Position numbers and translations under genes: made by a program | Shown: positions 27,520 to 39,767 of the stretch, piece by piece | Numbering within the stretch: position 1 is the first letter of the stretch | Layout: every line of letters starts with the position of its first letter | Assembly (NCBI GenBank): GCA_030704615.1 | Contig: CM060734.1 | Coordinates: 47,492,001-47,556,000 of the forward strand | Source of the DNA: Takakia lepidozioides | Taxonomy: Eukaryota; Plantae; Bryophyta | Reading direction: 5' to 3' | DNA: 64,000 nt | Notes under the pieces: model-generated | What the model saw: only the letters and a program-made list of their open reading frames with translations | Told to the model about the DNA's origin: nothing | Database searches by the model: none

Positions 27520-29914
27520 ATGACAATGTCTAGGGACATAGGATTTAGTACGCGTTCTCTTCGTGGGCCTATCATATTCTACGAAGCACCTCAAGATTCG
27601 GAATGGTTTATTGCCATTCAGACCAGGGGCGAATGCGCTGAGGTGATGCGGCTCTTGAAGAAGGAACCTGGGCTGCTACGGCAAACAGGTCTTTACGGCC
27701 GTACTGCTTTGCACAAGGCAGTTATCGAAGGCTGCGCACAGCTAGTGGTAGAAGTGCTACTACTGGTTTTAACAGCCAAAATAACTGTGGATTTGACTCT
27801 CGGGGAACTACTTCAGGCAGTCGATAGTTCATGTGATCAGACAGCACTTGTGATTGCCACAGTCATTGGGAATCGAGATATTATCAACCGTCTGAACGAT
27901 GCCACCAAGTTATGGCAAGATAATACTCCCAGCGAGCTTGGTGGAAGTGGCAACGATTCCGATGTGGCAACGATACCTGACAACGATTCCGAATGGGCAA
28001 CGACGGAAGATCAAGTGAGGGACTGGCAGGATAAGCAGCTACCCAAACTACAGGAGGAATTTTTAACAGTTTTCGAGCATTTCTCTGGCGATGGAAATAA
28101 TGGAGAAGAATTTTATGTCCTTCACTGGGCATGTGCAAAGAATACATGTCAGTCTCAAGAGATCATAAGGCGTATAGTTGCCATGGCGAGGGAGGAACTT
28201 CACTCAGATCTTATACGTTGTCTCTACAAACTGCAAGATCACCGAGGCATGACTCCGTTGCATGTTGCAGCTACCAATGACACTAGCGGCAACCTGTCGC
28301 TACTTCTCGAGTTAATTCCTGAAGAGGAGTTCGAAGACTGTGTGAATGCACGTGATGGTGCAGGACGGACACCGTTGCATCGAGTTGCTGCGCGGTCTGG
28401 AGACAAGTTTGACATGCTTGGTGTCCTTGTGAAGGATGGGAGGACAGACTTGAACGCAGGCTTCTCTCCACTTGGAGGTGAGGGTTATTCATGGCAGTAC
28501 AGTAGAGCTTATTGCAGCTCCAGAACGGCCCTACACTTGGCTGTGGTACACAATAATCCCCTTTGTGTGAAGGAACTGCTCGGAGCAGGCTCCCGTATAG
28601 ATTTGAACTGCGTGTCTGCGCGTATTGTACACTTTGGTGAAAGTATCCACCTTGAAAATTGGACACCTGATCCACACGTGGCCCACGACGACGTGGTGCA
28701 TTGGACACCTCTGCAGATTGCTGCTATCATGGGACATCAGTCCATATTGAAAATGCTAGTCAAGGTACGAGTATGGCATCTAGTTGATCTTCTTCTTACA
28801 TAAGATATTCACAATTAACATACCAGTTCTCCAGGTTCTCTTTTGCTCGTCCTAGAACAGGTCTAACATATTCTAAGAAAAAGTGATTGGCTTCATGTCC
28901 TCGCTGATGGATCACGTTTGTCAGGACGACCGAGCTTACGATCAAGGAAGACTGCACAACAAGTCGAGGCAGCCTGACGATCCCTTCTGGCATTATAGTA
29001 GTGTGTTGCTTATCGTTGCGCGGATTGGCAATCCAGAAGGTCTAAGAATTATCTTGGAGAGTCGAAAATTTAATCCATTTGTCTTGGATTACAAAGGTAC
29101 AACTGCACTACATCGAGCAGCAGATGCATTGGTTAGTTTTCACCATAAAGTGCAATATTACGGAGACTTCGTCGACTATGAGAGTTTGCGACTGCGGTGG
29201 GAAAAAACAAAAACCTATAGAGAAACGACGAGTGGGAAGGAATACAGTGGGAAGAAAGCGTGCATCATCTTGTTGTTACAAGCTGCCGATATGGACTTAT
29301 GGCCCAAAGATGAAGAAGGAAATGATCCTCATCCTGGACCCTCGGCATCTGAGGAAGTGTGTACATGGTGGTATGAAAAGACAGGCGTGCTCATTCGAAA
29401 CACCAAAAAAAACCTAACAATCGGTGCAAATGCCATCTCAGTGACAGCAGCATTAGTTGCAACGGCCTCTTTTGTGGGACCATTACAACCTCCCCTTGGC
29501 ATTGAGAACAATGGCACATCACTGTTCTATGAAGTTCTCGCGGTGAGAGTCTTTATAGTGAGTGATAGCTTGTCATTTTATTTGGCAGTGGCATCCATCA
29601 TGTTATCTGTGATCCCATCACTTCCTTTGCCACAAGAGCCGTTGCCAGGTGAGTTGCGGCGGCATCGCAATGCTCTAGTTGCGGCAGTGTGTTTACTCTT
29701 GCTTTCTATTGTTTGCGTGCTAGTTGCTTTCGCAGCAGCTACAATTGCAGTGCTACCTGCGTGGAGTCCTAGAGTGTTGACATTGAGCACAACCATTGTG
29801 GGTGCAGTTATATGTGTATGGGTATTAGGAGCATTCCTCTTCCGGTTAACTAGACTTACCTTTCATAAACATGAAATTGTTAAAGACATATACGAGAAAC
29901 GGGCCCTTTTTTAG
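27520..29914 (+). CDS. Ankyrin-repeat transmembrane protein with PGG domain (ACD6/ITN1-like), 2 exons
   Basis: Exon 1 27520-28764 with ankyrin motifs (GRTALHKAV, GMTPLHVAA, GRTPLHRVA, RTALHLAV, WTPLQIAA). Intron 28765-28924 (GT..CAG) restores frame. Exon 2 has GTTALHRAA, the PGG-type motif ALVATASFVGPLQPPLG and about 4 hydrophobic helices. Confidence 0.9.
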
Positions 29915-30087
29915 TGGCGTGTGATCAATCACTCAGTACAAATTAAACTCATCAGATTGGTATCGTGTACATGTTACCTTTGAAATTTGCCATGTAACCG
30001 TGGATATTCAGATCTATGTATCATGGGCATTCGCACGGAAACTCATTTTGACGGTTGCAGATTTGTTGCTTTGACATTAGTAAGTTA

Positions 30088-30890
30088 AAACCACCAGCTG
30101 ACCATATATACCTCAGCTGTGTTTTCGCTGTGACGCAAGAGACAGAACATTGAGGATTCAATGAAATGGACACTGAAATATCATGGCTGATGCGTTGCTG
30201 TGAACATTGGATTAAAGGTGTCAATTGCAGTCCTGACAATCTGCTCATCATAATTTACTTCTATATGTCTGACTGATATAATCAGGGTTAAAGACATGGT
30301 TGAACAGACTTTCTGGGAATTTCAGAAAATATATACTTACAGAACGATATCCAACGTACAGGGAACAGAATCTCACTTGGGTTTCAGGACTCCATTTTGC
30401 ACCATAGATTATGGTTACCAGCCACTTGCCAGAGAACTTCTCCTTCAGATGGTCAAATGTGGCGGTGGTAAAAATCCTTAGAGTGTGATCAGATGCAACA
30501 TCTGCCGGTCACAATCAGAGGGTCAGGGTGATAAAGGGCATTTTATCCACTCCATGTTCTCTGCATAAGTTGTATATATGCAGGTCAGAAACTGCGTAAA
30601 ACACTTGTGAAAGAGCTCTTTTAGAGGATCGCAAGCTTGGGCGCGCAGTGATGGTAATACAGTACTTAGTCCCTTTCGACTTCTTCTTCAGGACTACAAA
30701 ACAAGAGAACACCCAAGTGATCTGGATTTGCATTTTGAGGATGACTGTAAAGCAACAGTAGTGCCAGCTTCAACATGGTCGCTACCAGCAATTACCACTA
30801 ATGGCGTTCTAGAGTACGAAGACCTGCAGATACACAGCTGCATAACTTTGAACCCAGTCCTGGTCCCTGATCAACTGGACCCTCTTCATC
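30088..30890 (-). pseudogene. Frameshifted relic of exon 2 and the following intron of the adjacent metallophosphoesterase
   Basis: Colinear with about 33215-33965; translates to YAVSDLH, IVTGRCC/DHTL and GNHNLWCK fragments with frameshifts. Confidence 0.88.
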
Positions 30891-31510
30891 AATCATACCA
30901 ACGGGCTTATGGCTTAGCTAGTACCGACTTATAAATTTTGTGACTGTCCTTTATGTAGCCGTCTGTATCGTCTGCTACAAGTGACAAAATCTCTTCCATG
31001 GTGGTGGACTGTACTAGGAGACAAGCCGGAATGGTTGTGGAGACAATTATGCTACAGGTCTGTAGCAACGTTCACAGATTTAGCTTCAACTGCGAATCAG
31101 TGATATAATTTACAGCTCATTGCATCAACGATTATACAAGCAGGATGTCTGGAATTTAATAGATGTAATCTTGGGGCAGAACCAGTGGGTGATTACATGC
31201 ACTATGAAGCATCTATGGACTGTCGACCAGAGCGGCACCATGTAAAAGCTATCAAGCTGCTTACCTGAAAACTATGTAATTCTCTTTGACAAGAGAACAA
31301 AATTTACTCTTCAGAGTGGGCCACTAATTAGCAGAGACCAACTTTGAGGGCTCACACATGTTTTGCTGGCCACACCAATATAGATAAATTACAATTATTG
31401 TTGCCTACACTAATTTGGGGAGCTCAAAATTAGTGAGAGAAAATCCATTTTTGGAATCATATTTAGTTTTTCCTACAGGGGTCGGTCTAAGCGTCAATCA
31501 ATAAATGGTG

Positions 31511-34500
31511 CTATAAGGCTCTAACTGGGCGATATAGGTCAGCCACCCATGGAGCAAGCTGTGTGTTATCAGGATCCCTTTGGTTACTACGATAGTACTC
31601 AGACCAATGGCATTCCAAAGGACCTTCTATCAATCCATTTTTATCAGAGTCATAGAGACACAATGGTAACCAGTCTATCCCTCCATTAATACGTCTTTCT
31701 CTTTCTCTTGGATATGCGAGTGGTGCTTGAATGTACCTGCCACAATCACCAACAGTCAGGTTACCACCCCGTCCAAAGAAGAAGGTACCTGCTACACTGC
31801 ATGTGCAGACCCAGAATGGCCTGGAGCACAAATGCTCCAAAAATTACTGCCTTGATACACCAAATGCAGGAAGCAGAAAGAATGATTACCTCACTCCATC
31901 TAATGTTGCATCCCAGCAGAAGTGTGTGTGCCCGAACACATGGCAAGCGGTTGGGCTGCCATGAACCCCATGAATACGGCGCACCCTAGCCTCCAGCCAG
32001 TCAGAGCCCACTACTTTTGGCAGGTTCGGATAGAACAGCATGCGCTTCTCCGGACACAACTCGAACCTGCATTGAAGCTGATTTGTTGATGAGTGGCCAA
32101 CGCACTACAAATTATACAATTGACAAATGATGATACTATTTGGCACTGTCATCATGATATGCTTTATGTTCTCAGAGAGGTGGACAGAGAGAGCAATACA
32201 TTCATGCAAAAAATTCACGCACAAATACCTTGGAAGGAAATGAGAAAAGGTGATGACTTGGCCGTTGGCCTGCTCCACCGGATTTTCAAAATCTTCAGAG
32301 TTCAGCCCATCAAAATAGCGAGCAAGACAGTCATCGATCAGACTGTCAAGGGGAGGAGGCCACTTACACAAACGATAGTCCAAAGCCACCTAGTCACATA
32401 CATATCCAACCACGGACGTTCCCAGCTTACCTTTATGCAGGCTCTTCCCACACCCTCTCACCATTGCAAGCCTCCACTTCACTTAAATCACAGTAGGCAA
32501 TGATGACAGAGACCTCTTTGCTCTTTACCACCACCTATTGCTAGTGACAGCTGACAACCACTGGAACCTGATACATGCTATCCAAGCAATCCACAAGAGC
32601 ATGGCTGCTAAAACAGAAGGTGACACGTCAAATTCTATGAAAGAACCTTCTCAGGGGCACGGATGTTGAAACCCTCGATGTTTCTTTCCTTATCAAAGCT
32701 CTGCAAAGAGAGTATGAGAAGAAGCAATATGTAAGTAGACCCAACCTCCCTAACAAATTGCTTCAAATCAACAAGTTGCAATCTTAAAAAGGTAGTGCAT
32801 TCTCCTGATATACAGTGTACGAACTAGCAACTTCCTGATATGCGACTTCAGGGATCAGAGGTAATATTCTCAGACTAGGACAAACTTGCATTGCAAAGCT
32901 TGGAGAGAACTTACTTGCACAAGCTCAAAGACTCAATGTAAGCTACGTGTGATGTGAACAAACACGGAAAAGATAGTGTCCAGCCAAGAAAGAATGGAAA
33001 AAAAAATTGCCTGGTGGTACCAAGAGAGAAGGGGAATAATCCAAACTCCATTCACTTTCTTGGGTTCTGTATCTATGCCAAGTGACTTGCAAGTGTCATT
33101 CAGTGCTTTCAATTTTGCCACTGAATCTAGCTGGCCCAACAAACACAACCCCACATCAGCCATCACAGACTGTCAACTTCACCTCCGCGGCACGGGTGCA
33201 TACTACACATGCAAAACCACCAACTGACCATACCTCACCTGGGTCTTTACTGTGATGCAAGAACAGTACATTGAATCACATGGGTAATACACTCCCTATG
33301 TTGGATTAAAGGTGCTGGCAGGACAATCTGCTCATAATTACTTAGTATCAATAATTCATGTTTAGCCAATAATGAGGGTAAAAAACATGGTTTAATCAAC
33401 CCTGGATATTCCAGAAAATACTATCGAAACAATATTGCACATATAGCAAACAGAATCTCACTTGGGTTTCCTCTGCCTTTTTGCACCATAGATCATGGTT
33501 ACCAGGCACAAAGAACACATGCTGGAATTTTTCCTTCAGGAGGGTCATGGTGGTGGTAAAAATCTGTAGAGTGTCCGCAACATCTCCAGCCACGATCAGA
33601 GTGTCAGCCTGGTAAAGGCTTGATGAGAGGCATTTTATCCACTCCATGTTCTCTGAATAATCTGTATGTAGGTCGGAAACTGCATAAACCCTCATTGTAG
33701 AAGAACTCTTTGGAGGATCACAAGCTTGAGCGGGCAGTGCTGGCATTACACCGCGTCCCTTTCTTCTTCTTCCTACTCTGGAATCTTGCGAACACCCAAT
33801 TGTTCTGAAATTGCTCTTTGAAGATGACAGTAAAGCAATGGTGCCAGCTTGCAAATGCCCGCTACCAGCAATTAACACTAATGGCGTTCTTGAGTATGAA
33901 GACCTGCAGATACACAGTGAATCAGTTTTGAACTGGTCCCCTGCTCAATTGTACCCTCTGCATCTCAGTGTTCTCCTTCATAAAGGTTATCACATTTTTG
34001 CAGGAGCTATTGCGAATGCTAAAGTATGTCTTACTATAAAAGGTTTTTGTCCATCCTCTCTATGTTCATATCTTTCTCTCTCTTCCAAGGTAAGTCATAC
34101 TACCAGCATCAGCCCCTAACAAAGGTATATTCTGTCCCTTTGTGTTCCGCTCAAACTGGGCGCGGGGTCAATGGCCACAAGGCTACAGCAAACAACGTCT
34201 TATGAGTACATTCTCTGTAAAAAAAATTGAAAGCAACACTTATCTCTTCCTTATTTTCTCGAAGGAGAAATTTGATAGTCTATTTTGGATTATCCTTTCT
34301 TACGCCAAAGTGGAATTAGGGCTTTGTGGCTTCCACTATCTGCTACTACATACATGGTCTGTGAAGACAGAAGGAGGATGGTACATCCATGGAGGTTCCT
34401 AATGACCCAACATGACATTTGATGGCAAACTAATCCATGATATCCCGTGCTAGGCCCTGTAGCAGCAGCATACTGGAGTATATGAGTACACCTTCTACAT

Positions 34501-37500
34501 GATCTGGTCAATGTAAATTGCTCTTTTGGCTGGTCTACTGTAGCCAATGCCCTGTGTTGGAATTAGGAAACCTGAAAATGAGAGGCTTGAGGTTTTCTTG
34601 ACCTAACCACCTCCACAAATTTGGAGTAAAGTTATTACCAACCACTTGACTCTTGATCAAGTCAACAACACTCCTTACTTCCAGCCACTTCACTCTAAAA
34701 TCGGTATCAGTGGTAGGTAGAGCTTTGCTGAAGATGTCGCAGCCCCTTCCTACACAAACGCTTCAGGTGGTGGTGGCTAAGTGATCTACTCCTGTGACTC
34801 CCTTGCATGGTTGTACCCAAGTGGGGCTTATGCTCTGATATTGGACATTGTACTTACTGGTTCATTTTGGAAAGCTATAGCACACAAGAGGGCCTGCTAT
34901 TCACCTCGCACATCGTCACTAACCCACATCATATGCTTGTGGTGTTTTTCGGGCTGGGTGCAGGTGAGGGCCTCTCTTCTTCAAGTAGCCTTCTCATATC
35001 TGCAAGACAACTCCATATCCAGCTATGTGATATCAGACAAGAACTCCGTGTAATGCAAATAGCTGCTATGTGTATTGTACTTTGTTTTCAAACAACACCT
35101 CTATCGAGTCATTTGCAAATTTACCATGCATATAGTTTGCAGGAAACTTGATCAAAGAGGAGCTTGGACAGCGTAGGTTCTGGAAATCAGCTCATGATAA
35201 GATAATATACTTCACAGTGATACATAGTGACTATCATTAACCTAGCAGATTGGAAAAATCTCATAGTATAGGTTACAACCCTGGAGAGGGGCAACCCACT
35301 GTTATTCTTTCCTGAAGTCCTCTCATATATAGTGTCACCATAACATTGGTTGCTCACTCTCTACCATGGAGCAGTGTAGCAGTTCATGAAAAACCATGAA
35401 GCATTATGCTTATCTCTGTGGCAATTTGAAGATGGGAGGGAAACCTTCATTTACAGTTACACCACCACCCACCCCCGATCACCTCTATGGATTTGGAGTC
35501 AATGTGTGGATCAAGAGGAACTGTGGTGGTGCCTTCTTTGAAGGCTGTTGTTGTCTATAAATTTGTGGTCTAGTCTGGAATAGACAGATCCTTTCTTGTC
35601 AAGACAAGACAAGACAAGCCCTCTCCTCCAACGTTGAAAATCTTGAGGCTGAGCCTACAGCCATTGCCCTGTCCGGGTCTAATTGCTGGGCAGATCACAC
35701 ACATCAGGTTGATGAACTAATCGTCTATGTCACACTACGGAGGAGCCCCTCACAAAGACGGTTTCTGTTCCCGTTGGTTCCACCCCAACTGCGTGTGGGG
35801 TCCACGGCAAACAACGTCTTATGAGTACATTCTCTCCTTTAATGTGGCTAGTTCTTTGTAACAACGCAACTCAAGGATTGCCTAATTCCGTTATTCTGTT
35901 CAGAATCTTTCACCTAGCACAGAACGGAAAAATAGAAAACGGGATGACGCGCAGCTGCCCTTTAAGATTAGAAGCCCTGGCTGCTCTTCTCATTTGGAAG
36001 ACGAGCAGGCACGAACTGAAGGAGCAATCACCTCACTGCTGCACTATGGCTACAAGCAAGGTACTCATTCAGGCTCTTAACACTTTGTACGGCAACACAA
36101 AGAGAGTGGACGCTATGAGGAACTTACATGGACTTGACTAGTTCTACTTTGAATCTATGCATACTTTTGCGAACCAAGGGTCTCCACCCGTGCCTTGCCT
36201 TGTACTTCACTCTAGTAACACCTCCCTTTTGGGGATGGGTGCTTACTGTCATGTGACCACCACCCCCTCCTCCCCCATGAGACCACCACCACCTACTGCT
36301 GGCTGGCTGAAAGGACCTCCCTTACCTCCCCTTTCTTCACTAGTATGACCTGCTGCAGGGATGACGTTGATAACAAATGTGAAGTGGTTTAAGCCTCGGG
36401 TTCCACAGGGATCACTAACCTGTTGGATTGTTGGTTGGCCATGATGGATCCAGGTGAGGCCACTTCACCTTCTTTTGTTGTAGGAAATGCTAACAAGGGC
36501 AAGAGACTAAGGGAATGGGGCTTTGAGCTCTCCCAAACCTCATATCTGTTTGTATGTGTTAGATTTGTACACAGACACTTGCTGTTCTGCTCTGAATGGG
36601 TTGAAGGACCTACGAGCTTGTACCTACTTCGAAAGGAGTTGCCTTTTGAGGAGACACTAGTCATGCAGTTCCTACTTCTAATGTTGCTTCCTTGGATGTG
36701 AAAGTGATGAGGAAAATCTGTTTGTGAGAAGGGCCTACCTAATGTGCTTCAAGGGAGGTACGGAGGCAGATCTGGGTAGAGGCAATTTGATGATGCCTAA
36801 ATTAGGCTGTCTGATGTCATGAAAAGGAGGCAAACACAACCCATTGTGTTTAGTGTTTCCTTGTCTAGCTTTGACATGCTACATAACACTCTCTCTCTCT
36901 GTCTCTCTCTTTTTTTGAATATGGCTATGTTCTTTGTAACAACAATCAAGTATTGCCTGATCCTGTTAGTCTGTTCAAACAAATTTAATTGGAATAGAAC
37001 AGAAAAACAGAGAATGGGATGGCTCATTTGGGGACACAAACTCTTGGCTACGGCAAACAATGTCTTATGAGGACATTCTCTTGCGGACAGACAAACATCA
37101 CACGGCAAATCAGTTACAATAACGACAATTCAAGTTCATTCCCACTCTCTGTGGATCAACATAGGAAGATGGGATGACACGCCCCCGGAGAATAGGATCT
37201 CCCCTGTTTGCACAACAAGGGATGTGCAGACAGAGCTTCTTCCATGCCCTGCTTACTACGTCCCTGGGGCAGATATTGGTCTCTCTCTAAAGACTCTCCC
37301 TCCATGGAATGAGGGACCTGCAGTGATGAAGACCAGCAGTACCTTGCAGCCTACCTCCAGGAGACATTCCACGTTCATGCAAAGATTGAAGAGTTCTCTG
37401 GTTCTGTTTCTCTTCTCTGTCCCCTGGGTCATACAGACATAATAAACTTCCCTCTCTCTCCTCTCCCTCTGCCCACTAGGTACCCTACTAAATGGGTGAA

Positions 37501-38852
37501 CTTAACATGGGAGTAGATAAACGTCTCTGTGACCAAATGCCCCCTTGCCTATGTTTGTTTGACCTGAAGCAGTAGTGGATTCTGTTGGAGAGAAGGGATC
37601 TCTCCTTAAGAAAATGCCTTCACAGGCCATGCCCCTCCTGTGGAGTGATGATATCTGAATGGTAACAAGTGGATCACTTGGGGCAGCCCCTCTGCTGGCT
37701 GTTTTGGAGCATGCTGACATGCACTCCTTAAGCACCCCCACTTGAATGGATTCTAGAGACATAGCCTGGTTGGAGTTATCAACCCATACTGCAGATGCAT
37801 ACTTCAAGGCAGGCCTAATAACACCGCAAAGCATGGTTTTTTTTACTTCAACTCTTTCAACCTTTCCGTCTTGCATCACGAGTTGGAAACTTTCAGTTTA
37901 AATTCCCCATCCTTCACTGTCTTCCCTGAGCCCCTCACTGAATCACCAATGTCTAAGGTAGCTCTCCAAACAGTCAAGGGTCGAACTTCTCTGAGTTAAA
38001 TTTGCTGTGGGACTCTACCTGTCAATGTAGCATTCTTAGACATAGTCACCGTCAATGCACCTCTGTTACCAAGTGTCAAGATGGTGCCATCGGCCAGTTA
38101 ATTCAAGCCTAAACTTGAGCAAGTAGTTTGAAGGAAACGATGTCCATCCTGGGATTCACCCCAAAAACTACACAAGAAAGATAAGTAACTAGCTGCCAGG
38201 AATTACCTTTGGGAAGATGAGCATTATCTGGAATATGAGACATATTTATAGCAGTAAACAAGGGCATACCCCAGTGAAGACAATATTCATTTTCTGATTC
38301 ATTGTCCTGGGTACTCTCACGAGAGAGACGCCCTCTTCAAATCCATCAAGGGAATTGTGCCTGAACCTCTGTTTACCAACTTCGAAAGTCTCGAGGCTGA
38401 GCCAAAAGCCAAGGCCCTTTTGAGGCTAGTTATCGGGCAAACCACGCACAGCAGATTGATGCTTGTGTGAAGGGATTTCTAGAGGATATCTGGAAAACTC
38501 GGATTAATTGTCTGTTCCAAGGTAAGTCATACTACCGGCGTCAGCCCCTGACAAAGGTAGTTTCAGTCCCTTTGTGTTCCGCTCAAACTGAGCGCGGGGT
38601 CAATGGCCACAAGGCTACGGCAAACAACGTCTAATGAGTACATTCTATCTCTCTCTCTTAAAACGTTCAACATGGATGCCGATCCATTCAGCCAATGCTA
38701 AAACTCGGCTCACTACTGTGACAACTTTTTGAATGCGAAATTTCTGAATTTTGCACAAGATCACAACAGGTGAGCAAATTTACGCACAAATAGGCATACT
38801 GAATTGCAGAGACCGAGGTAGCAAGCGACTGGATGCTTGCGGAAGCCACCAT
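31511..38852 (-). CDS. Calcineurin-like metallophosphoesterase (PptH-like), probably plastid-targeted, 7 exons
   Basis: Motifs VSDLH, VAGDV, PGNHDLW, TFSHFLP and VFGHTH. Exons 38852-38800 (MVASASIQSLATSVSAIQ, phase 2), 33903-33462, 33130-33011, 32700-32647, 32389-32229, about 32067-31893, 31737-31511. Exon 1 assignment is an inference from matching splice phase. Confidence 0.88.
34081..34217 (+). mobile_element. 5'-truncated LINE 3' end, (CT)n-tailed family, copy 1
   Basis: CTCAAACTGGGCGCGGGGTCAATGGCCACAAGGCTACAGCAAACAACGTCTTATGAGTACATTCTCT, shared with five other loci. Confidence 0.8.
35620..35838 (+). mobile_element. LINE 3' end, diverged copy 2
   Basis: AAAATCTTGAGGCTGAGCC ... ACGGCAAACAACGTCTTATGAGTACATTCTCTCC. 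Confidence 0.7.
37030..37081 (+). mobile_element. LINE 3' end, short diverged copy 3
   Basis: GGCTACGGCAAACAATGTCTTATGAGGACATTCTCT. Confidence 0.6.
37110..37470 (+). mobile_element. LINE ORF2 C-terminal zinc-finger relic (RTEX/L2-like)
   Basis: Translation SHSLWINIGRWDDTPPENRISPVCTTRDVQTE..CPAY resembles the SH-L-IE-GRW..P-E-R-C..C..VEDE-HF...CP-Y motif; followed by AATAAA and a CT-rich tail. Confidence 0.6.
37690..37880 (-). mobile_element. LINE reverse transcriptase C-terminal fragment, inverted
   Basis: VIRPALKYASAVW....AMSLESIQVGVLKECM matches the RP-LEYA--VW...LE-VQ motif downstream of non-LTR RT cores. Confidence 0.7.
38270..38658 (+). mobile_element. LINE 3' end, longest copy 4, including zinc finger
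   Basis: EDNIHFLIHCPGYSHERDALFKSIKGIVPEPLFTNF...FLEDIWKTRINCLFQGK...GVNGHKATANNV*, then GTACATT and a CT-rich tail. Confidence 0.82.
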
Positions 38853-39767
38853 CACACGTAGAAGCGCATGCCGCCACGCATTGCGAGCGTCTGTGTGATC
38901 TCACTGCTCCCTCCGTTGTGCCATCCAACTGGGTATGCTGTCAAAGCATCGAAATTGCAATCCTCTCAACATGTCTTGCAAGATGGGTCTTTTTGCGCGA
39001 GGGAATCCACGATTGTCTGCACGGATTAAAATAACCCAGTATGAGATTTCATGGATGACCCACACACCATCATCATCCATCACCACTGTATGTCTCTCGG
39101 TGGCCAGTGTAGCTCTCTGACCTGATCTCGCATTGTAATCCTCACCCTCAAGATTGGGACATGCATCCAGGGAAAGATTTCAGAAGGTCGTCACATCAGG
39201 GGATAAAATCTTACAGGGTTTCAACGATAGTCGAGTCTGGATTTTGGGCAATTCCTGCGTATTGCTTGTCCAGGATCAGATAGATGTTCATGAATAATAA
39301 GCAAGGCTAGACGTACCCATGTATTATGGACTTGACTAACGGTAGGTAGGTTGCAATGGAGAAGTAGGGGTGTGTTCATTTTGGCCATTTTGTAAGGGGA
39401 AAGAAGAGGTGCAAAACCAAGTTGCGCGTCAGATCAGCAGCTTAGCGAGCTCCCTTATACTGCAAAGCCCGTGCTGTAGAAGGTTGCAGGCCAGGGGAAT
39501 CTGGGGCCAAGCTTCAAGGCAACTTGCAGACCTGCTTGCTGACAATTCTCGTTTTTTCTGTCAAGGAAGCAGCCTTGTGAAGTTGTCGGTGCTGTGATCA
39601 ATCGTCTTCACTGATATCGATCTGTGGTAAAGGGGAAGAGGAAGATGTTGCGAGAATGTTATAGATTGTGAAAGAATGAATGAGATGCTGCGGACGTAGG
39701 TAGTTTGGAGTTTGGGGGAGCAGTACGCCAAGCGGAGTGCCGGGTCTTGCGGATCAATTATCAAGCC

